A DNA stretch of 24,422 nt, taken from positions 1 through 24,422 of the IMG/VR virus record IMGVR_UViG_3300032237_001332. One strand, written 5' to 3'. Positions 8,132 to 17,330 of this stretch are shown piece after piece. The translations under genes were made by a program, and so were the position numbers. The notes beneath the pieces were generated by a model. The model was not told the DNA's origin. It saw only the letters and a program-made list of their open reading frames with translations, and did no database searches. Source of the stretch: a virus. Taxonomy: Duplodnaviria > Caudoviricetes. How positions within the stretch are numbered: the stretch's first letter is position 1; each line of letters starts with the position of its first letter.

Positions 8132-10682
8132 ACTTGTTATCAGAAGCACGAATTGCTACGCCCTTAAAGAAGGGCCTACCGTTCTTAGTAAAAGTAGATA
8201 CATCATCCAGCCCCAGTTGGTTGCGGCAGCAATCAAGTAGCAAGTTGATGAAGCGTTTCTGACCTACTGGCTTAGAACCCGTATCTTCTGCATAGGAGCA
8301 GTAACTCGGATACAGATGCGACGAGCTGTTGCAGTAACGCTCAGACGGACCATTCCCATCTCCCCGTGGCGCAGGAATCTTCTTACCGACAGAAGAAACG
8401 TGGTCGGCATCATAAACACATTCGGACTGCAACCACTCGATCAGGTTGTTACTATTAACAAGAATGTTATTGCGAACCTTTCTCAACGCCGGAACCAATT
8501 CCTGAGTGTCAAGAAGGTAGCGCCGCATCTCAGAATCACTCATCTGCAGCACCCAGTTAACAAAACCAGACAGATGATTGCGCCACAGACCGCTGACCCT
8601 TCCGCCTTCAATCTTGATCATGTCTTTGGCTTCACTATTCAGGTTATATAAGGGCCTATTAAACTCAATTGTTAAGCGCCTCCTACTTAATCCCGAGGTG
8701 TTATCGGTAGTCTGGATCGGTTCATTAGCACAAACCAGAACCATACCCGTGTACACAAACGGTTCACCGATGCTCTTCAGCTTCTCCTCATAGCGAAGGG
8801 AATCACCACCCGTCAGAGCCTTAAAAGTCTGAGCAGATCCACCATACCGCTCCGAATCATTGATCAGCGTCAATCGCTTGCCCTTAATCGAGGACAACTC
8901 AAACCGACTTTGCTCTAACTGAACCAGTGTCGTACTGGCGTAGTTACCTGAACTCACAAGAGCACAACAAAGGTTTGCGAAGGTAGATTTTCCGCGTCCG
9001 CCGGGACCTATAACTTCCAAGAAACGTTGAATTTCGTTGCCGCGACCAACCAGACATGCCCTCAACCAAGCCCTCAGAACCTGGACTCGAGCCTCATCCC
9101 CATACTGAGTACGGTATAACCACTCCGTAATAACACCAGAATCAGCATCAGGATCGTACTCAAAGTCCAGACCCCAGGTCATGTAGTTGTCGGGGCTGTG
9201 CTGCAGGAACTCACCCGTATCCAACTCCAACAACCCATTCCTAAAAGCAAGCCTGGTGGGATCATCATTCCAATCTGTCTGTGAAAGCGTACCTTCTAAT
9301 AGAGCACAGATGTCATTGATGTAGTTGATGCTGTAACCACCCGGTAAATCCTTACCTTGCAGTAGCATCTGAACCTCATGCTTGAACTTCTTGCTGTGGT
9401 TCTGACGGTGCCACACACCACTACCTTCGTCGTAGTGCATGAACACATCAAAGATCGGATCGTAACGCCAACCCTGCTTCTTCAGCGGAACATAAAGTAG
9501 ATCCGCCATCTCAGAAGAAGGGGGATTTCTCTTCCCTGTCTTCTTAACGGGCTTAAACATACCATCAATATCATCATCGTCCCCATCTTCATCATCCTCA
9601 TCCTCCTCATCATCTAACAACGAGTTGCCAGTAACAATGGAATGAGTAGGACGTATGTCCACCTCAAACTTAGCCATTGCCCGATCAGCAATAGCCTCCA
9701 GATTTGGAACCTCAAAGCCACCTAAATCAATGTAACCGTCTTCCTTTGCCTTAGCCCTTAAGGTCTTGAGACCCCTTGCCCCCTCTGGAGAGTGACCACC
9801 CGGTAGGCGCTCAAACGAACCCCACTTCTCCTCACAGCAGCCATCCTCAAACGCATCCGACTGGGACGACCACTCAATCCAATCCTTCAGCAGAACATCA
9901 TCGATCTGGTGGAGGGCCATACCAACGGCCACCCACTCCTCATAATCATCGGCCCTCTTGGGGTCCATCGTCTCCAGGTACTCCCTGGCCTCCTCTAATA
10001 TCGCCTCCTTCTGGTGCTCACTATCCTCCTCATAGCTCAGGTTTATCGTCTGAGACACGTATGAGTTGTGGGCGCTGTTCTTCTTCCTGTACCGGCTGGA
10101 CGGATAAACGCGGGCGATCAGGTTGTACAACCACTCCGGCATCTCCGGAAGGTTCTTGCAGTACTCAAACCCGCCGTGCTTTGTAGTACGATAGCCGTCC
10201 GTTTCTGGATGAGCACCCATGATGGCACCCTGCCTGGAGCGCCACAAGATCTCCCACGGTGCCTTATCTACCTTCAGCGTTGCCTTGTCCGGCAACATAG
10301 AAACCTTGTCCGCCGGAACACGGAACACCATCCGCATCCTCCCTGGCTTCCCACTGGTGATCGTCAGTGTCGGAGGGAATATCGAATGCAGCGGACCACC
10401 ACCAAGCTCCTCGATCGATGGGATTGCCTCCTCACCGTCGATGTCGACCATGATGATGGCCAACTCGTTGCTCCACTGGCCGCACAGGAGTCCAACCCCC
10501 GTGGCGCGACCTTCATCCAGTTCAACCTGGACAGCCGAAACGGTCTTGGGATCTGTGGTCCAGCCCGGCAGATAAGCCTTTTTACCCCGCAAGGGGGTTA
10601 AGGGGAAATCAGATGGAATCAGAGCAAGATCGATCTGCCCCGGACCAAGATTCTTGTGTGGTGGTGTAGGTTCTTTCGTCAC
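8100..10682 (-). CDS. Primase-helicase: Prim-Pol (AEP) + PriCT-2 + D5_N + SF3 helicase (P4/D5 family)
   Basis: GVGLLCG..IIMVDIDG and TSGKPGRMRMVF Prim-Pol motifs; DDYEEWVAVGMALH...W..WS...KW.SF PriCT-2; RLAFRNGLL; Walker A GPGGRGKST; FKALTGGD; CANEP. Confidence 0.92.
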   Translation of the reverse strand: MTKEPTPPHKNLGPGQIDLALIPSDFPLTPLRGKKAYLPGWTTDPKTVSAVQVELDEGRATGVGLLCGQWSNELAIIMVDIDGEEAIPSIEELGGGPLHSIFPPTLTITSGKPGRMRMVFRVPADKVSMLPDKATLKVDKAPWEILWRSRQGAIMGAHPETDGYRTTKHGGFEYCKNLPEMPEWLYNLIARVYPSSRYRKKNSAHNSYVSQTINLSYEEDSEHQKEAILEEAREYLETMDPKRADDYEEWVAVGMALHQIDDVLLKDWIEWSSQSDAFEDGCCEEKWGSFERLPGGHSPEGARGLKTLRAKAKEDGYIDLGGFEVPNLEAIADRAMAKFEVDIRPTHSIVTGNSLLDDEEDEDDEDGDDDDIDGMFKPVKKTGKRNPPSSEMADLLYVPLKKQGWRYDPIFDVFMHYDEGSGVWHRQNHSKKFKHEVQMLLQGKDLPGGYSINYINDICALLEGTLSQTDWNDDPTRLAFRNGLLELDTGEFLQHSPDNYMTWGLDFEYDPDADSGVITEWLYRTQYGDEARVQVLRAWLRACLVGRGNEIQRFLEVIGPGGRGKSTFANLCCALVSSGNYASTTLVQLEQSRFELSSIKGKRLTLINDSERYGGSAQTFKALTGGDSLRYEEKLKSIGEPFVYTGMVLVCANEPIQTTDNTSGLSRRRLTIEFNRPLYNLNSEAKDMIKIEGGRVSGLWRNHLSGFVNWVLQMSDSEMRRYLLDTQELVPALRKVRNNILVNSNNLIEWLQSECVYDADHVSSVGKKIPAPRGDGNGPSERYCNSSSHLYPSYCSYAEDTGSKPVGQKRFINLLLDCCRNQLGLDDVSTFTKNGRPFFKGVAIRASDNKFKDYKTILGE

Positions 10683-10803
10683 ATTTCTTTACAGCATCAA
10701 CCAGCGACTGGCGACCAGGCCAGCTTAGTCACCCCAACTAACGCTGTAACTGGTAGAAATTTCGCTGTTTTCATTACATCAATGTAGGACGCACACCCCT
10801 ATC

Positions 10804-11715
10804 TCAAGCATCACCATCGATCACTTCCAGCCCAATCTCAACTTGAGACGGAAGGTACTCAGTGTAATACTTTTCTACGGCATCGAGCCACTTTTGCTTG
10901 TACTTTTCAATGGTGGAACCCTGGATCGCAAACACCTGGCACTTCTCCCTGGTAGCAACGAATGTCATCAAGATGTCAGGCACGATACCAACCGTGTGCT
11001 CCAGTGCCAACGCATAGGCAGCCATCTGCATCTGGCATTTTGCATACTTCATGAACCCGGAACGCCTCATGGCGTACTCGTTCTTGGGAGTTTCCGGTCC
11101 AGGCCAGCGACCATAGTAGGGACCGTTACTGGTTTTAAGATCACCAAGTACGACCTTGTTCTTGTACTCAGCAACGATGTCACAGGCTCCGGCCCAGCCC
11201 CACTGCTTACCCTCGCTTACACCTGGGTGCCAGATCCTGCTTACCCCATCACCACCTTTAGTCCAGGGATAGGCGTCTCCCACCGGAGATTCAGCCCAGA
11301 TCACTCGCCCCAACTTATCCAACACCTGGGGCATACCGTTCCAGAAAGAAGCGATTTCTTCATCCTCGATGACGGGATCCTTGTTCACGCCCGTAAGGTA
11401 CTCCTCCATTAAAGAATGGACCTTTGTACCTCTAGCCGCAGCAGCTTCTCTTCCACCCGGATTGTTCTTTGCCCACCTCTCTAAGGCTGCTTTGTTCCCC
11501 TGGGTAGCAGACAGAATGGTGGTCACTGACGGTAATGCACCGTACGGCGTCTTGTAATGCCGACTGCCGTTAATGGTGAGTCGTGTATCTCCTTCCGACC
11601 GGTAATCCAAGAACTGCTTATACGATGCAGTTCGAGAGTAATCGGTATAAATCCTGCGCTCTAATTCCTGTCTAAGCAGAACTTCTACACGAAATTCATC
11701 CGCTAAGAGGGGCAC
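10804..11715 (-). CDS. PD-(D/E)XK exonuclease (phage Cas4/MGME1-like); start uncertain
   Basis: LPSVTTIL, RGTKVHSLME, AGACDIV...LGDLKTS and QMAAYA motifs. Confidence 0.85.
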   Translation of the reverse strand: MPLLADEFRVEVLLRQELERRIYTDYSRTASYKQFLDYRSEGDTRLTINGSRHYKTPYGALPSVTTILSATQGNKAALERWAKNNPGGREAAAARGTKVHSLMEEYLTGVNKDPVIEDEEIASFWNGMPQVLDKLGRVIWAESPVGDAYPWTKGGDGVSRIWHPGVSEGKQWGWAGACDIVAEYKNKVVLGDLKTSNGPYYGRWPGPETPKNEYAMRRSGFMKYAKCQMQMAAYALALEHTVGIVPDILMTFVATREKCQVFAIQGSTIEKYKQKWLDAVEKYYTEYLPSQVEIGLEVIDGDA

Positions 11716-11821
11716 CAGAGGAAGACAGTTGCTTCCAAGGTACAGACATCAGAAGTTTTGTCGACCTATCCGATCAACGTTAGCCCTCTTTAGAATGGGG
11801 TTAAAAATTACATGTAAAAAA

Positions 11822-12178
11822 TTGGATGGGGCAGTAGGCAGGCACTGTATTGCCGAACTTAGTGGGGGGTGCCCTCACCTTCTCAATGATGAAGATTACA
11901 TAAAGAGATCTCTTGAGGAGGCAGCCAGTAAATCTGGTGCTACGCTCCTTAACATTGCTTCACATAAGTTCGATCCGCAGGGCGTGACTGCCGTTGCACT
12001 TCTATCCGAGAGCCACATCTCAATTCATACCTGGCCGGAGCATGGATATGCTGCAGTGGACGCTTTTACATGCGGCTCTCATTGCGATCCAGAGGTTGCC
12101 ATCAAGCAACTCAAACAGTGCTTTAAGTCAAATCAAGACCACACCACAACACTTACCCGGTTCGTTCCTCACCCGTAA
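11822..12178 (+). CDS. speD: Pyruvoyl-dependent S-adenosylmethionine decarboxylase proenzyme family protein
   Basis: GRHCIAEL, HKFDPQGVTAVALLSE-SHISIHTWPE.GYAAVD.FTCG with the E-S autocleavage site. TTG at 11822 preferred over 11729 and 11795 because a TAGAAT -10-like box lies at 11791-11796. Confidence 0.92.
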   Translation: MDGAVGRHCIAELSGGCPHLLNDEDYIKRSLEEAASKSGATLLNIASHKFDPQGVTAVALLSESHISIHTWPEHGYAAVDAFTCGSHCDPEVAIKQLKQCFKSNQDHTTTLTRFVPHP

Positions 12179-12186
12179 ACACCAAA

Positions 12187-12360
12187 ATGTCAGACGCTAA
12201 ACACCCCGGCTTGTATGCCAATGTTCACCGAAAACAGGAACGCATTGAGCATGGCAGTGGCGAACACATGCGCAAACCAGGAGAAGAGGGTGCCCCTACC
12301 GATGAAGCCTGGCGGAAAGCAAAGAAAACCTCCAAGGCTTGGAAAGAAAAGCACAAGTGA
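12187..12360 (+). CDS. Small basic phage protein (57 aa)
   Basis: Not in the track. MSDAKHPGLYANVHRKQERIEHGSGEHMRKPGEEGAPT...; the GLYAN..GSGE.MRKPG..GAPT motif is recognisable from aquatic phages. Confidence 0.78.
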   Translation: MSDAKHPGLYANVHRKQERIEHGSGEHMRKPGEEGAPTDEAWRKAKKTSKAWKEKHK

Positions 12361-12401
12361 TCTGTTTATTGTAGAATAAAAAAAAGTTTAATGTAAATAT
12401 T

Positions 12402-13094
12402 GTGAGGTTTGCTGCAGTACCCGGCTTCAGTCAAAATGATGACAGTTATTTTGACTCAAGTAGTAACGAAAATGACTCTTCTTGGCAACGTTTTGGTGCT
12501 CCGGTAGCTACCACTGGTCAGCAAGATGAAATTGCAATGACCCCAGGCCAAGCTAGGAATCTTCTTAATAAGTTTGGAACAGAGGCTTTACGCGGAAGCA
12601 TGACTCCAACTGCTTTTGTAGAGGGAATCGGTCGATTAAACTTTTACGCAACCTCTCCAGACATGATCAGGAGAGAAATACGCAATGATTTAGATAGTCC
12701 AATAGGAAGGATTGTTGCGGAAGATCCTCGACTTGCTGGAGACTTTGCAAAAAGCAGCCTTGGAATGTTAAAACAATTTGGTGTTAATCCTGATGCAGCA
12801 GAAAAATACATTGGCCCTGTAAATCTGCTTTTAGAGCAAGCTAAAAAAGATAATTTGTTACGTTCGGATGTGACCCTAAACGAAGTGCGAGACAAATTGC
12901 AAAAACCTTTATATTCTGCTATGCAAGGATTTGCTAAAGACAATAGAAACAATCCGCAATACAATGAGTTGATAAAAAGAAGTTTTCATGGAGGACCAAC
13001 TGGTTGGACAAACGGACCAAAGAAAGGGGAGTTCAGGGAGATTAGGGGCGTTCCCATGTTGTTCAGCGACTTCTTAAAAGACTGGCGCCGTTAA
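12402..13094 (+). CDS. Hypothetical protein (230 aa)
   Basis: Long ORF, GTG start, TAGAAT upstream. Confidence 0.75.
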   Translation: MRFAAVPGFSQNDDSYFDSSSNENDSSWQRFGAPVATTGQQDEIAMTPGQARNLLNKFGTEALRGSMTPTAFVEGIGRLNFYATSPDMIRREIRNDLDSPIGRIVAEDPRLAGDFAKSSLGMLKQFGVNPDAAEKYIGPVNLLLEQAKKDNLLRSDVTLNEVRDKLQKPLYSAMQGFAKDNRNNPQYNELIKRSFHGGPTGWTNGPKKGEFREIRGVPMLFSDFLKDWRR

Positions 13095-13107
13095 AATTAA
13101 CCCACCT

Positions 13108-13183
13108 CACCTGGTCCGAGCCAATTGGATAGGACGGCTACTGCTGCTGCAGGGCGATGGAGGTTCGAATCCTCTCCGGGTGA
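13108..13183 (+). ncRNA. tRNA-like element / pseudo-tRNA with degenerate anticodon arm
   Basis: Acceptor CACCTGG/CCGGGTG, T-arm GGAGG-TTCGAAT-CCTCT, D-like AGCC-AATTGGATAGGAC-GGCT; no canonical 5 bp + 7 nt anticodon arm. Confidence 0.7.
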
Positions 13184-13198
13184 TTAGGATTTAGAAGA

Positions 13199-13612
13199 GT
13201 GAAATTCAGTTTCGGTAAACCAAAAAGAACAATTCAACAGTATGCAGTCGTTGGAATTGTACTGAGCATTATTGTAGCTACACTTTCAAAATGCACCCAC
13301 ATACCTGAAGCTAATATTTGGGACGGTATTGATGAGATACAGCGTCATGTTAAACCTGGATCGATGCTCAATGACTTCTTTATTAGCAGCCCAGCAAAAC
13401 TAAAAAGGAGAGTCTCCAGGGACGTAGACAAAGCTATATCCGATGTCACCCCAGAGTACGACAGAATTATAAACAATTACAACAAAAGATATCAGCCAAT
13501 TTACAAAAAACTACCAACAAATAAAAGCACCTGCTATACAAAGGAGTGCTTAACTTTGGCCCCACCAATGGAGATCTGCGCTCCGTGGTGGGATCAATGT
13601 AACAGTAATTAG
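13199..13612 (+). CDS. Cyanophage-type protein with N-terminal membrane segment
   Basis: Basic N-terminus, hydrophobic YAVVGIVLSIIVATLSKC, then IWD.IDEIQR, KLKRRV.RDVD.AI and ICAPW..C. Confidence 0.75.
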   Translation: MKFSFGKPKRTIQQYAVVGIVLSIIVATLSKCTHIPEANIWDGIDEIQRHVKPGSMLNDFFISSPAKLKRRVSRDVDKAISDVTPEYDRIINNYNKRYQPIYKKLPTNKSTCYTKECLTLAPPMEICAPWWDQCNSN

Positions 13613-13947
13613 TCTCCCCACTCGGTTTCTCCCTGTTCATTCTCAGGGCGTTGAGGTTTCATCTCAGGATGAAAAGCATCCTCTACTGTGGCAGCGAACT
13701 GCATGTTCTGATAGTGTGCAACGTGCCTCTGAATCCTGGCGTGAATATCAAAAGATGCTTTGATGGCATCTTCTGGCTGCATCATCAGCTTGGAATTAGC
13801 CATCAGACCTGCAGTCAAAATACAGATACCAAGTTCATGCGGGTGGTTAATGAAAGATCTAAGTGATCTTCCATTATCTGTAAAGGAAGCAAGGGTATCC
13901 GCAAGAATCTCGCCGTAGTTAGGTTGAGGCTGTTGGCTAGCCATCAA
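13609..13947 (-). CDS. Hypothetical protein (112 aa)
   Basis: Translationally coupled to the 13944-14201 gene. Confidence 0.7.
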   Translation of the reverse strand: MMASQQPQPNYGEILADTLASFTDNGRSLRSFINHPHELGICILTAGLMANSKLMMQPEDAIKASFDIHARIQRHVAHYQNMQFAATVEDAFHPEMKPQRPENEQGETEWGD

Positions 13948-14201
13948 TCCTCCTCTTCTTCTTTGACCCAGTAAAGAGTTCCGTAGGTCTTTTGGATGAG
14001 GGGACCCAGCAACTTTGCATCCTTAAGGGCGAACAACCGCCGAGTAATGGTTCGGTGATTCTTTTGGAAGTGCTTGGCCAGCTCAGTGACAGGAATGAAT
14101 ACAACAAAGCCGCCATTAAATGGAACAGCTTCTTTTAATAAAAATTCGTGGACCTGATAGGCCAGATCATCCATCAAATCAACTTGCACAGGCCGAGCCA
14201 C
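13944..14201 (-). CDS. Putative winged helix-turn-helix DNA-binding protein
   Basis: IPVTELAKHFQKNHRTITRRLFALKDAKLL followed by a wing-like beta hairpin. Confidence 0.6.
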   Translation of the reverse strand: MARPVQVDLMDDLAYQVHEFLLKEAVPFNGGFVVFIPVTELAKHFQKNHRTITRRLFALKDAKLLGPLIQKTYGTLYWVKEEEED

Positions 14202-14219
14202 CAGGTCCCGTCTCCTAAT

Positions 14220-14465
14220 TCACGCTGTAGTCGATTCTAGAGTACTAAACCCTTGCACTGGACAACCTTCTGACTTCCATTTAAGAACACCTTTCTTGGC
14301 AGTTTCAAGGTCCATGGTCCACTGCGGCTCCAGATCTTCTACCCGTGGCGCGTAGTAAAGAACATGCCCAGTGTTCCCGTGCCTAAGCGATCGGATTGAG
14401 TACCCTTCAAACTCAATAGGATCCAACGTTTCCGAGGGACCGCCGCGATAACGAACCTTTTTCAT
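14220..14465 (-). CDS. Hypothetical protein (81 aa)
   Basis: ATG ORF with AAGGGA upstream; first of a three-gene minus-strand unit. Confidence 0.7.
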   Translation of the reverse strand: MKKVRYRGGPSETLDPIEFEGYSIRSLRHGNTGHVLYYAPRVEDLEPQWTMDLETAKKGVLKWKSEGCPVQGFSTLESTTA

Positions 14466-14491
14466 TCCCTTGTGGGGTGAACAACACGATT

Positions 14492-14524
14492 ATCTTATCC
14501 ACTCCAACCTGGGGTGGCTATACT
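14492..14524. promoter_or_regulatory. Divergent -10-like boxes flanking a 19 bp palindrome
   Basis: TAAGAT (minus, 14497-14492), 1 nt, CCACTCCA-ACC-TGGGGTGG (14499-14517), 1 nt, TATACT (plus, 14519-14524). Confidence 0.5.
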
Positions 14525-14554
14525 CAGGATCTGAGTGCATTCCACAGAGAACAG

Positions 14555-15850
14555 ATGGCAACCATCATTGATTCAAACGATCTGAATCGTTACGAAGTTA
14601 TTAAGATGTCGCCGTACAACGATACGCCGACAAACGTTGCCATTACTGGACAGCCGATCACGGTAACGACAAGTAGTACTCCCGCCAATAAAACTCCAGC
14701 CGTTGATGCCTTTGGGCGTTTGCGCGTCAGCAATCCCTTTACTCTGTTCGATAGCCAACACCGCTACCAAGAAAACGATAAGTGGGACACACAGCTAACC
14801 GGCAGCGGAACCAAAACGTACGTAGCCGATGAAAGCACCATAAACCTGAACGTAACAACTGGAGCCACTGATGCAGTGCTCCGGGAAACAAAGCGCGTAT
14901 TTCCTTACCAGCCTGGCAAATCGCTCCTCATCATGAGCACTTTTGTGATGGCTGCAGGTAAAACCAATCAGACACAACGCGTCGGCTATTACGGAGCACA
15001 GAACGGAATCTACTTTGAGCAGCAGGGAACAACACTTTATTTTGTACAACGTAGTTACTCCACCGGCACCCTGGTTGAGACACGTATCCCTCAGTCGCAA
15101 TGGAACAGCGACAAGTTTGACGGCACCGGAGTTGGTGGAACCCTGGATGTAACCAAGACTCAGATCCTGTGGATGGACATCGAGTGGCTTGGAGTTGGCA
15201 GTGTTCGCTGCGGTTTTGTTGTTGACGGTACGTTTGTGATGGCGCACCGATTCGATCATGACAACGTAGAACCGCGTGTCTATATGACAACAGCAATTCT
15301 TCCGATTCGTTATGAGATTTTTAATACCGGAGTAGTTGCATCTGCTTCAACAATGAAACAGATTTGTAACACCGTCATTTCAGAAGGAGGTTACGAAGGT
15401 TTCAGCCGTAGATACAATGTAGATACCGCTGCAAGCCCTGTAAACCTTGCTTCTGCTGGGACAGCATATCCAATCATTGCTCTGCGTTTGAATTCTGCAA
15501 GACTTGATTCTGTTGTTCTTCCTTCCAATATCAATGGCATCGTTACTTCTAATGCCAACATTCAATATCAGATCATTATCAATCCAACTCTGACCGGTGG
15601 CACTTGGGGCACTCATTACAACGGCAACGTTGACTACAACACCACAGCCACAGCGGTATCCGGAGGCAACATCATTGTTGGTGGCTATATCAGTAACACT
15701 GGACAGATTGATTTATCTGGTCTGAACAACTTTAACTTCCAGATCGGCAGGACTCTTGCCGGAGTCAGCGACATTATTTGCTTGGTAATGACACCAACAA
15801 GTAACAACACAAAAATCCTTGCTGACATCAGCTGGTATGAGGTTTCATGA
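14555..15850 (+). CDS. Virion structural protein (cyanophage-type)
   Basis: DAFGRLRVSNPFTLFDS, RETKRVFPYQPGKS, WMDIEWLGVGSVRCGF and YMTTA.LPIRYEI motifs. ATG 14555 preferred because the track start 14477 lies upstream of the -10 box. Confidence 0.8.
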   Translation: MATIIDSNDLNRYEVIKMSPYNDTPTNVAITGQPITVTTSSTPANKTPAVDAFGRLRVSNPFTLFDSQHRYQENDKWDTQLTGSGTKTYVADESTINLNVTTGATDAVLRETKRVFPYQPGKSLLIMSTFVMAAGKTNQTQRVGYYGAQNGIYFEQQGTTLYFVQRSYSTGTLVETRIPQSQWNSDKFDGTGVGGTLDVTKTQILWMDIEWLGVGSVRCGFVVDGTFVMAHRFDHDNVEPRVYMTTAILPIRYEIFNTGVVASASTMKQICNTVISEGGYEGFSRRYNVDTAASPVNLASAGTAYPIIALRLNSARLDSVVLPSNINGIVTSNANIQYQIIINPTLTGGTWGTHYNGNVDYNTTATAVSGGNIIVGGYISNTGQIDLSGLNNFNFQIGRTLAGVSDIICLVMTPTSNNTKILADISWYEVS

Positions 15851-15856
15851 TTCAGA

Positions 15857-16456
15857 TCATGCTTCCTCAACCACCGTTTTCTTAGGAATGTTTGCGGCAG
15901 CAAAGTCGATCCACTCCTTCCTCAGGTACCCGAAATCCCGGGGTTCAGTGCAAGGAACATCCTTACCGCAGACCTGACATTGATCAACGTGGTAGGTGGC
16001 GTGGTGCTTGGTCGGACCCCAGTACTGCCCACCTTCCCACCAGGTACCAAAGGTTTCACCGCAGTCGTTACACACCCACTCAGGCTGGGCAGGAACAGGG
16101 CTGGTGCGGAGCTTCATGGCATTCTCGATGTCTTCTTCCAGTGTAACGATCTTGTGCAGCATGGCATGTAAATGTTTGTTATCCTGCCTCTCAAGCTCCA
16201 GGTTCTCTATCATCCTGGCGCGATCCAATGCCCCCTGCCTGTTAGAAGACATCAACAGGATTGGAGCCGTGAATCCGGCTAGGAAGCTGTAGCAGAGGTT
16301 AAGAGCAACAAACGGATACGGATCAAATCTTTTTGGTTTAGCTACGTAGACGTTCCAACCGATCCACAACGCTGTAGCAACAGAAAGGATACTAACGAAC
16401 CGCCAAGTACCCATCTTTTCAGAAACAATATCAGATAATTTTTCACCTAATTTCAT
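15857..16456 (-). CDS. DUF1003-like membrane protein fused to a C-terminal CxxC...CxxC zinc-finger domain
   Basis: MGTWRFV...W..WN...FDPYPFVALNL..S..A...APILLMSSNRQ...DR; then WVCNDCG...ATYH...CQVCG...TEPRDFGYL. Confidence 0.8.
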   Translation of the reverse strand: MKLGEKLSDIVSEKMGTWRFVSILSVATALWIGWNVYVAKPKRFDPYPFVALNLCYSFLAGFTAPILLMSSNRQGALDRARMIENLELERQDNKHLHAMLHKIVTLEEDIENAMKLRTSPVPAQPEWVCNDCGETFGTWWEGGQYWGPTKHHATYHVDQCQVCGKDVPCTEPRDFGYLRKEWIDFAAANIPKKTVVEEA

Positions 16457-16512
16457 GACAATCTCCCCATCTTTATTGTATATTCTAAGATGAGGAGTAT
16501 TGTGCTTCTTTC

Positions 16513-16695
16513 TTAGCTCTCTACATCAGGATCAAACACAGACAACTGCTTCAAGAACTCCTCGCAATCCTTCTTAGCTTGAAGATATCCTTCGGTCCAT
16601 TCAGGATACAGCCCATCTTGTGATAAATAGGCAATGTAGTTAACAGACAAGCGACGGAGTAAATGTTCACTAATTGATTTCAGATTGAGTGCCAT
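16513..16695 (-). CDS. Hypothetical protein (60 aa)
   Basis: Compact ORF in the minus-strand run; W..GY..AK.D pattern common in small phage proteins. Confidence 0.65.
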   Translation of the reverse strand: MALNLKSISEHLLRRLSVNYIAYLSQDGLYPEWTEGYLQAKKDCEEFLKQLSVFDPDVES

Positions 16696-16876
16696 CCTGT
16701 TTACGTTGGTTTGATGTGATGTTAATAATAGTTAAACAAGTTTCATCTTCAATTTCTTCAACATAATATTCAATTAAATCGTCAATCCTCCAGTCACATT
16801 TGTCAATGACTTCGTCCGGCACGTTGAGAACGCCGTCCTCATCAATAGTTGTAATCCAGCTAATTTTGTCAGTCAT
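16670..16876 (-). CDS. AbrB/MazE-like swapped-hairpin DNA-binding protein
   Basis: WITTIDEDGVLNVPDEVIDKCDWRIDDLIEY fits the AbrB pattern G.l.lP.e......w..gD.le. Confidence 0.65.
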   Translation of the reverse strand: MTDKISWITTIDEDGVLNVPDEVIDKCDWRIDDLIEYYVEEIEDETCLTIINITSNQRKQDGTQSEIN

Positions 16877-17201
16877 TTTTATTAGAGGGAAAGGTTTTTT
16901 GAATTTCTTCTTTTAACACGTTACGCATGTCTTCGAGGTACTTTGACCCGCTGTAAACCGTGTACAGTTCATCTTCATCTTCGATTCCCTTTCTATGCTT
17001 GTACAGGTTGTCTGCATGGTAACGAAGTTCTGTTGTTGCATCGAACAGGAACTTCATGTCCTCTGGCTTGGAAGACAGCAAAACACCTTGAGCATTCAAA
17101 GATTTGTTAAAGATCATCATTAAGCCGACAAGACAGTCTGCTTCACTTTTGAATGCTTCTTTGTAGTCGTCGAAATCTTCTTTGGTGTAGTAGTGAGCCA
17201 T
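16869..17201 (-). CDS. Hypothetical protein (110 aa)
   Basis: ATG ORF overlapping the next gene by 8 nt; TAAAAT upstream. Confidence 0.72.
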   Translation of the reverse strand: MAHYYTKEDFDDYKEAFKSEADCLVGLMMIFNKSLNAQGVLLSSKPEDMKFLFDATTELRYHADNLYKHRKGIEDEDELYTVYSGSKYLEDMRNVLKEEIQKTFPSNKND

Positions 17202-17330
17202 GTTGGTGTGGTGCGGAGGCCGCTGAAATTTTAACTACCTTTTCGGCGGCTGCCAGGGGGCGTCAGAGGAAGCAGACAATAGTTTTTGATGCAGGGGTTT
17301 GGTACAATTTGAATAGATAAACTAACGAAC

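Noticed and set aside
8316-11557. Several long plus-strand ORFs opposite the primase and exonuclease
   Set aside because: Shadow ORFs produced by codon bias of the real minus-strand genes; no motifs.
10804-11715. CRISPR-Cas system (Cas4-like nuclease)
   Set aside because: No repeat-spacer array or other cas genes, and no four-Cys Fe-S pattern; an ordinary phage exonuclease.
13150-13183. attP site formed by a tRNA 3' half
   Set aside because: The 5' acceptor strand is present and complementary, and no integrase is in the window. It cannot be fully excluded without the host genome.
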